A stretch of DNA of 64,000 nt from the human T2T-CHM13v2.0 reference genome, Homo sapiens. The stretch lies in the NCBI RefSeq assembly GCF_009914755.1, contig NC_060942.1; one strand, 5' to 3'. The notes beneath the pieces were generated by a model. The model was not told the DNA's origin. It worked only from the letters and a program-made list of their open reading frames with translations, and ran no database searches. Positions 55,376 through 64,000 of the stretch are shown in pieces. Numbering within the stretch: the first letter of the stretch is position 1; each line of letters begins with the position of its first letter. The position numbers and the translations under genes were made by a program.

Positions 55376-55969
55376 TTATCTGTTTCAGATTAATATTGAT
55401 GGGGCCCATCAGGGCTTTAGGGCTGGCTGGGACTTCTAAGATTGCTGTAGCAATTCCAAGAATTGTTTAATTAGGCAGCACCTGCTTCATAGGCCTGGTC
55501 AGGAGAGATTGGGCCAGGAGAATACAGACCTGCTTCCCCAGATGCAGCGGCCTACTATTTCCCTACTTAACCTCACTCCCCTGCTCATATTCCAGTGAGC
55601 TCCTCCATTCCCCCCACTCCTGAGAATATAATAAATTTAGCCAGCTCCTTTTGAATAAGGGAATGGATAAAGGAGCCAGTTGTCAAGTATGTTATATGAG
55701 AATCCCTATTATCACGGGGCTCATTATCACAGGATTTTACTATATTTGACTCCCTCCAATGGACTGTAAGAAGTCAATCCATTGATGCTGTGCACCCTAG
55801 TTGCAAAAGCCCGTTCCATCCTTGGATACTTTTAATTGGTGGAAAGTCATGGCCCAGACACTACTCTATATTAATGTACATACATTAGCACTAGCTCTAT
55901 GATCACACAGAAGGATGCTATGCCATTCAAATATTGGAAAATAGAAAGCACATATTTTCCAAGTTTTAT

Positions 55970-56112
55970 CTTCTACAGGCTAAATTTCCTGAGTTTCCTT
56001 ATTTGTCTGCCTTGTTCACTAATTGTGCCTTGGGTGGCAAGGGAAGTACCTGGAGCATGATGGGCACCCAGTAAAGATCTACTGAATGAGTAAGTAAATA
56101 AGTGAATGAATG
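55970..56112 (+). mobile_element. L2 3' end
   Basis: gtacctggagcatgatgggcacccagtaaagatctactgaatgagt...gaatgaatga. Confidence 0.7.
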
Positions 56113-56139
56113 ATTCCAAATGTTTTTGTCCCATGATGA

Positions 56140-56690
56140 GCATGTCCTCATACATTTCTGTCCGTCTTCAAGTGTAGCTCCCAAAATAGAATGTAAAACT
56201 TCAGGTATTGCCTAAGAAGCACAAAGAACGAGACTGATCACTACTCTCATCTTGGATGCAAAACATCCATGAATGTAACCCAAAACTGATGTCTGTTTTT
56301 GAACAATCCTATTACTATGGATTCATATCAAGTTTATAGTCAGTTAAGAACCACCCGCCCCCACCGCCTGAGATTTTTATTCACAGATCTACTATTAAGC
56401 TACATCTCCCCCCAATTGAGTTTTCAGTCTGAAGTTCAAGACCTAACATTATTCCCAGTAAATTTTGTTTTTATTGGATTTGGGCCATTACTCCAGCATC
56501 TAAAGACCTTTTTGAGCCTTGATTCTGACCTCTGACATATTAGATATACAGCATAGCTTTGTGCTACTTACAATTTGATCAGCGTTCTTTCACTGTCCTC
56601 ACACAAGTCTTCAATAAGTAGCTGGACAAGGTCCTTTATGGAGCCCTGAGACTTACTTCAAGAGACTTTTCTCCAGATTAATGGTCATTT
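56140..56690 (-). mobile_element. L3/CR1 LINE ORF2 relic
   Basis: Antisense CR1 reverse-transcriptase-region text: ttgattctgacctctgacatattag...gctttgtgctacttacaatttgat (decayed FADDTK motif). Confidence 0.7.
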
Positions 56691-57824
56691 ATCTTGCAGT
56701 TGCATTATTGCCTGAGGCCACATGGGAAGTAACAAGAGAGAGAAAGAATATTTCATTAGAGCTTAGACAGACCTACTTTGTAACCTGAGCTTATCATTTA
56801 CTAATTGTGTTCCTTCCAGCAAGAGATGTGTTTTGAACCAGACTGAGGAGTAAGGAGGCTATTCCAACAAATGCAAACAACAATAGTAGCAGCACAGAGT
56901 TGATAAACTAAGGCAGGCCCATGGGGCAGAAAAAATCAAGATATGGTGTGATGGTGCTTAGAGAAAAAGACAAACTACAAATATACATGTATTTGCTTTT
57001 ATGTTTTTATAAAGGTTGCCTAGCCCCTTTCTTCATCTACTATCTGGAACTCATTAATGGAAGAAAATAACCATTTTAAGTGATAGCATAAAGTAATTTC
57101 TCTTAGAACAAGTATTTACATGCAATTTAACCTATCAAAAGAGGACTAGGAATCTGGGTTCCTCAGGAACTTGCTTTGTGACATTGGTTAGTTCATTTAA
57201 TTAACCTTTTGGGGCTCCTCATCTATAAAATAAGGGAGTTGGACTAAGGTTCCTGACGTTTCTTCTTTGGCGAGAGAGTGTGGAGGGCAAGAGGAGTAGT
57301 CTATGGGACCTAAAAGCAATAAGTTACACTCTAGTTTATGCTGATGTTTGTTTTTCCTTCCCCTGATCTCATTGCTGTCAGGCCTAAGCTAGCTTAGAAC
57401 TCCAAGAAATCTTTCTTCCATTTCACTTTCTGTCCTTGTTAATAGAAAATATAAGAGAAGAATATTGGCCAGAGCAGTACCCTACCAGTCATTGCAGTAT
57501 TTAAGAAAAAAGCCATGAGCTGGTAAAAATTCCATTCACTATAATTTCCCCTATTAAACAATGTGGTAAATTGTTGTAAATATTATCTGATTCTGTCCTA
57601 AATAATATCTCTTTCAGGGATAGCTAATACTTGTGCTTCAGGTCATAAAAAGATCATGAGTTAGGATAATCAAAATTTGAATCATAGTTATATTTTCTTC
57701 CAAAAATACTATTATCCCTATTAGAATCATATGGCAAGCTAAGCTAGAGATAGAAATGATTTAGTTAGTTCCTAGAAGAAATGCATGTGCCAAATTAGGA
57801 ACCTCAGTTGGACTGTTTGGGGAA

Positions 57825-58330
57825 TATACTAGTCAAGATTCTCATGGTTGCCAGTGACAGAGACCCAGCTCAAAACAGATGAGTTATTTTATTATCTCTT
57901 TCTCTGCTCAACTCACATCTTTGCCTGTTTCTGCATGTTGGCCTCATTTTCTATGACTTCAGATAGTCTTTCTCCATGTAGTAAGGAGAGGAAGGAGCAA
58001 GGCTACCAAAAGTTACAGGCTTGAATCACCCCAGTTTTGCTATTCCAGACAAAAAAAGAACAGCATTTTTCCATACATAAAACCTAGGGAAGAACTCTGG
58101 CTGGTTTTAGATCATAAATGAATTATATGCCAGATACTATGTTTGATGAGACCTGATAACATGCCTAACCTAAAACTCAAAGACCGAGAGGCTATCTTTG
58201 GCAGACACAAAAGAACCACATGGAGTAGAAAAAGGTCAGTTCCTTGAAGGAAGGAACATATTCATAGCAGAAGGAAAAAGAGTAATAGCTGGGTAGGAAA
58301 AAAAGCCCAGTACAGGAAGCCACTGGGCCT
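57825..58330 (-). mobile_element. Old MLT1 (J/K-like) LTR
   Basis: tagtcaagattctcatggttgccagtgacagagaccca is an antisense MLT1 3' end. Confidence 0.6.
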
Positions 58331-58431
58331 GAAGATGACCATTTCTCATCGATGATCAAAATCCACTTCACTATACTTAGGAATCTTCTGGTCATCTTTG
58401 GTTTGCTTCCAACAATAGTAGCATGGATCAA

Positions 58432-60542
58432 TGCTATGATCTGAATATTTGTGTCCCTAAAACTTCACATGTTAAACCTCATCCCCAGTGTGAGGGTAGT
58501 CAGAAGTAAGTCCTGAGACATGATTAGGTCATAAAGACAGACCCCTCATGGGTGGGATTAGTACCATTATAAAGGAGGTCCAACAGAGAGCTCTCATCCC
58601 TTCGGCCATATGGAAAACACAATGAGAAGAGGCTGACTATAAAACAGGGTGTGGGCTCTCACCATACATCAAATCTTCCAGCACCTTGCTCTTGGACCTT
58701 CCACCCTCCAGAATGCTAAAAAGTACATTTCTGTTCCATCCAGTCTATGGCATTCTGTTATAGCAGCCCCACTGAACTAAGACAGACAATTGGAACCAAT
58801 AAGTGGGGGTATTGCTATAATAGATACTTAAAAAAGTAGAAGCAGCTTTGGAACTCAGTAGAGGCTGGAGAGTTTTGAGGTGCATGCTAGAAAAAGTCAA
58901 TACTGACTTGAAGCGACTACTAAGAGCAATTCTGAGATCACACACACAAAAAAAGAGGAGAGCTGTAGAGAAGTTTCAATCTTTTTAGAGAATACCTAAG
59001 AATTCTCTAAACAGAGTGTTTAGAGATCCTAAACACACTTGGTAGAAATATAAAGGCCGTTCTGATGAAGTCTCAGACAAAAATAAGCAGCATGTTTTTA
59101 GATAATAGAGGAAAGCTCGTCTTTGTGAATTGCGTTTGTGTCCTAGTGTTTTGTGAGAGGTAAAACTTGCAAGGGATGAAACTGGATCTTTGGCTTAGGA
59201 AATATCTAAGCAAAGTGTTGAAGGAGTTGTCTGGTTCCTCATCACTATTTATAGTAAAATGAGAGAAGGCAGAAATGATTTAAAGATGGAATTGTTGAAG
59301 GAAAGGAAACAGGACTTAAAGATACGGAAAATTCTCAGCTTATCCATATTGAAATGAATGAGAAAGGCTGTTCCAGAGAAAACATGAAGAGCGTAGCCAA
59401 AGATCATCTGATAGGGTGAGCCAGCCACCTAAACAGAAGTCAGGAGCTCTCGTCAAAGACAACAGAAGAATAATCCCAAAGGCAACTGAGAAATAATCAG
59501 GGCTGTCCCTCCCATCACAGACCCAGAGTGCAAAAGCCCCAGCAAGCACAAGACCACCACAGAAATCCCTCCTTAGAGAAATGTGCAGAGAAATCACAGA
59601 GCAACCTACACCTGATTCCAGACTAGGCCAGCTATGGGCATGTGACATAGGCATGGAGTAACCATGAAGGTGAGACCACTGAAGAGAGCCACAACAAGGG
59701 TAGAGTCCAGGTACAGAGCCACCATAGGGGTGGAACCCCTGGGTGAACACCCCCACCCAGTGGGTCAGAAGGCCAGATCCCCCACCCCAGTACACTTAGA
59801 GGGAAGAACATCAAGCCAGAGGATTATTCTTAAACCTTAAGTTTCAATGTTATTTGCTCCATTAGGTTTCAGATTTGCTGAGGATTTGTTAACTCTTTTT
59901 TCTTTCCTATTTCTTCCCTTGGAAATGGCAATGTCTAATCTATGTTTGTCCCCGTCTTTGTATTTTGGAAGCACATACATGTCTGATTTCACAGGTTCAC
60001 AGCTAAAAAGCAATTTGTCTCAAGATGAATCATACCTTGAGTCTCACACATATCTGATTTAGATGATATTTACATGAAACTTTGGACTTCGGATCTGAGT
60101 TGATGCTGGAACAATTTAAGACTTTTTCAGCTCTTTATATGCAGGAAGGACATGAATTTGGGAGGGCCAAAGTTGGAATGCTATGATCCAAATGTTCATG
60201 TCCCCCAAAATTCGTATGTTAAAATCTAATCCCCAATATGAGGGTATTTGAAGGTGGGGCCTGTGGGAGGTGATTAGGTCATAAAGACTGAGCTCTCATA
60301 AATAAGATTAGTGCCTTTATAAAAGAGGCCCCAGAGAAATCACTTGCTCTTTCCACCATATGAGGACATGATGAGAAGAGGCCATCTGTGAAACAGGAGG
60401 CAGGCCCTCCCTAGATATCAAATCTACTAGCACATTGATCTTAGACTTCTTAGCCTTCAGAACTATAAGAGATAAATTTCTGTTGTTTATAAGCTATTTA
60501 GTCTATGGTATTCTGTTATAGCAGCACAAACACTCTAAAATA
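58432..60542 (+). mobile_element. Two-LTR MLT1A-type MaLR element (LTR-internal-LTR)
   Basis: 5' LTR 58432-58784 (tgctatgatctgaat...ctaagaca); internal region 58785-60178 (aattggaacc...gaagcagctttggaact; purine tract before the 3' LTR); 3' LTR 60179-60542 similar to the first. Confidence 0.9.
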
Positions 60543-62495
60543 TCCAAATCTTCAGACTTCCTTCTGGCATTGGTTAATGCCTCCAAGTTCAGGGCCACTG
60601 TATGAGGGAGGACAACTAACAGCAGAGAGCAATTGAACCCTTACTCTTAGGCCAGTACATGGTGTCTGACAGTGCCTGCCATCAGTGGAGCTCTGTCTCA
60701 CTCTGACCATGCCAGCTCTGGAAGCAGATTGCCTTTTGGACTTGTGGCTCTTTGCCTCACCCTACCATGAAGGGTTACCTCTTTCCTTCATAGTGCTTAG
60801 GAACTGTTCATGCTCCTTCAATTCAGCCAGACTCTAACCCCTTTGCTGTTTCTACCTCCAAATGATCCTCTAGCTTCTTATGCATACTTACTGATGTATT
60901 TACTTTTTTGTGTTCTTATGTGTGGCCCTCCCCAAATTCCAACTCCAGCACTCTACCAATAATTTGCCACCATTTATTTCCGATACAACTTTAACGTGTT
61001 TGGTGCTGTTGAATGCAGGAAGCTAACTAGGTTTCTGGTCATACATTAATTTATGTGGTAAAGGTTAATTTTTTTAAAACACAAACATAAATAGCCTAAA
61101 TGGTAGCTTCACAAATGAGAGGGAGGTATCACTGACACTGCTTGTCAAAACTTGCATTCTTACCATCAGAATTTGATTCCATTTCTTTATCAAATTCATG
61201 CTTTGTTTCCTATGGAATGACAATCTTCAGTTGGAATTAATTTATCAATCCTCTTCCTGAGGTAGGATTTCATAAAAAGATTTGGAAAAGAGCATACAAG
61301 CTCCAAGTGACCAAGGAGAAGACCAAGAGACGCCATCCTGAAGGCCAGAGGCATCACAGAGGGCTCCCATGTGTGGTCTTGTACTTCCCCAGCACATGCC
61401 TTTCTGTTTCTGATTTTTCTTTACTCCTATGACCCAATCTGCTGTTTTCTTGTTGTCCTATTGGGATTTCTTGATCCCACCCTAATCTTCCTTAGGACAG
61501 ATGTCCCTTTTATATCAGATCTAGTGGTACTTCACAACGTGTGCTTACAGCAGCTTAGGCTAAACAGGAGAAAGCTGAGGCTACTGAAAGGCCAGATTAG
61601 ATGAGCCCTGAAAGAGATCAGGATCAGCACAGTGGTGACAAGCTAATGGGGTTGACAAAGCTGGACCTGGAAGATTGCCAGCATCTTACCTCCCAGAAAA
61701 AGTTACAGTTTGCTGGGTAGTTCTATATATTGATAATAGTCTCAGGGCCAGAGAAATGAGGGACACAATTAGGCAAGATTGCAGTTCCTCTAGACTTGCA
61801 CTGGAATGTATTGAATTATGGAATTTTTGTTTGTTTGCCTGCTTGCCTGATTGTTTGCTGATCTTTTTTCTTAAGATTTTTCCTACATTATTCTCAACAC
61901 TACAGTTGTGGATGATGTTCACAGTTGCTATCAACCTTTGCATCATTTGAAAATGTCCAGATGAGTTGGAGGCAGCAATGAACAACCAGGCAGCCAACTC
62001 TCATAAAGATGAATCAAACTATGGTGATCTGATAAGCAGACTTGTGAGATCCATTTTTTCACCCAAAAGGGTAAGAGTTATTATATCTTCCAAAATTGTC
62101 AGTGTGATAAAGTAACAAATTGGAAGGCACAATTCATGCTTCCCCCAAATGCACTAACTGGGTAAATAGAGAACCATGGCTCATACTAGCAACCATAAAT
62201 TTAAAGTTAGTATTTCAGGTCTATATCTAAAGAACGACAGAACATCATCTCTCCTGATTCATCCGGCAAGAATGCATCATCCTTTTTCTCGATCTAATCA
62301 GAAACACTTCTGCCATCTTCGTTTTTCTTTATAAGTCAAAAAGGCGCAGAAGAGATTTAGGCCTTCTCTCCTACACCCCTCCTGACTTCTTGTGGGGGAG
62401 GAAGTGGGCTGCATAACAGCAAAACCTCAGATTCTATTCTGACCACACCACAGGTACTCTTATTTTCACCGCAGTCAATTTCAAATACTGTACAC

Positions 62496-62514
62496 AAGTG
62501 CCATCTAGTGGTTA
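62496..62514 (-). promoter_or_regulatory. CTCF motif
   Basis: Minus strand reads AACCACTAGATGGCACTT; full match to CCASYAGRKGGCRS, in unique sequence. Confidence 0.65.
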
Positions 62515-63044
62515 GCAATAAATTAACATGTCACTTTAAGAAAGAAGAAAAGACTTAAAGCCTTTCATAAATAACCAAACATGTTTTTAACTTTTTTATT
62601 AAAACAGGATGATTTTTGTGTACTAGCATTTTTTCTGAGGAAATTATTTCTTCCATCTGTTTCTCTTTGGTCAGGATAGAAGTATCTTGGCTCATCTTCT
62701 GTCAGTGTGCTTCAAACCATAAAATGTAGGCTGGGGTTTATGCACAAGGAAACACATTGAGAAAGAAAGCCTTCTTTATGGATAGTCACTACTCTGTGAA
62801 ATAAAATTGAGTTGGTTCTCTTGCTTCTATCCTCTATTTTAGCAAACATTCTAGGGTTGCATGATGGCTGAAATAAAAGAGAAACGTGAACATTGGGGAT
62901 GGAGAAAACCACAGACATCACTTTCAGTGGTTCTCGGTTACATTCGGAATGATAGCAGAATCTCCCATCCCAAAATCAAAGTCTCTTCAGTCGAACCCAA
63001 CCTCACCTTCTTCTTCTGTGCCCTAGTATAATACAAGTATTATC

Positions 63045-63344
<300 letters not shown>

Positions 63345-63544
63345 GTATTATCTACACATTTGCATATTCACTGACTCCTGAATATCAGCCTCTCTTCATT
63401 TTCTTATCATTGCCCCTTCTTCCCAGTCTGTAATATTCTTCCTTTCCCTCCTCACTTATTCAACCTTATTCATCCTTCAAGTTCTATATTACTGTAACAG
63501 GATGTCAAAATGGAACTATTTTAGTCTTAGTTTTCATTGAGACT

Positions 63545-64000
63545 TGTATTAATTAGTTTTTGCTGCATAATAAATCACCCCAAAACATAGTAGCTTTAAA
63601 CTACACGCTTTTATTATAACTCACAAGCCTGTACGGTAGCTGGGTAGTTTCAGTCTCCAGTCTTGGCTAGGCTTACTGATGCCTTAGCTGGGGATCAGAT
63701 GGGCAGCTCTGCTGTTCTTGGTCCAGCTCTCCCATATGTATGTCCCATATGTTAAGCTGGTTGTAGACTGGTCTAAGATAGCCACAGCTGGGACAACTGC
63801 GCTCTTCTGGCAGTCTCCTGGCCTCCAGCGTACTAGACTGGGATTGTTCACATGGTGGTGCAAGGTATCCAGAGAAAGCAAAACCATACAAGACTTCTTG
63901 AGGCCTAAGCTTGGAACTAGCACTCCACTGCAATCAGATGACCAAAGCAAATCATAAGATCAGTTCTGATTATGATGAAATAAACTCCACCTTCTGGGCT
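63545..64000 (-). mobile_element. MLT1 (F/G/H-like) LTR running off the window end
   Basis: tgtattaattagtttttgctgcataataaatcaccccaaaac...ttgaggcctaagcttggaactagcac...caaagcaaatcataag. Confidence 0.8.

Noticed and set aside
59340-59795. 151-aa minus-strand ORF
   Set aside because: Antisense to the degraded MLT1A internal region; no recognisable domain.

Overview
AT-rich, gene-poor primate genomic DNA, probably human or another ape, since it carries AluY copies and an ERV9 LTR12C-type LTR. I can support no protein-coding gene. The ORF-track entries are short open frames in Alu, MaLR or ERV LTRs, or unrecognisable frames in unique sequence. The window holds about 15 Alu or Alu-monomer insertions, many with readable target-site duplications (TSDs). 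It also holds solo LTRs (THE1 x2, MSTB x2, LTR12C, LTR8A, MLT1), one two-LTR MLT1A element, L1, L2, L3 and MIR relics, and hAT DNA-transposon relics. Between these are repeat-free blocks with enhancer-type motifs, two CTCF-like sites and one plausible non-coding exon (20525-20645). I found no new biological system. The most unusual structures are small self-templated rearrangement scars at 37061-37193, 51681-51844 and 58984-59036. Repeat subfamily names come from remembered consensus sequences and need Dfam or RepeatMasker confirmation. I could not identify the locus.
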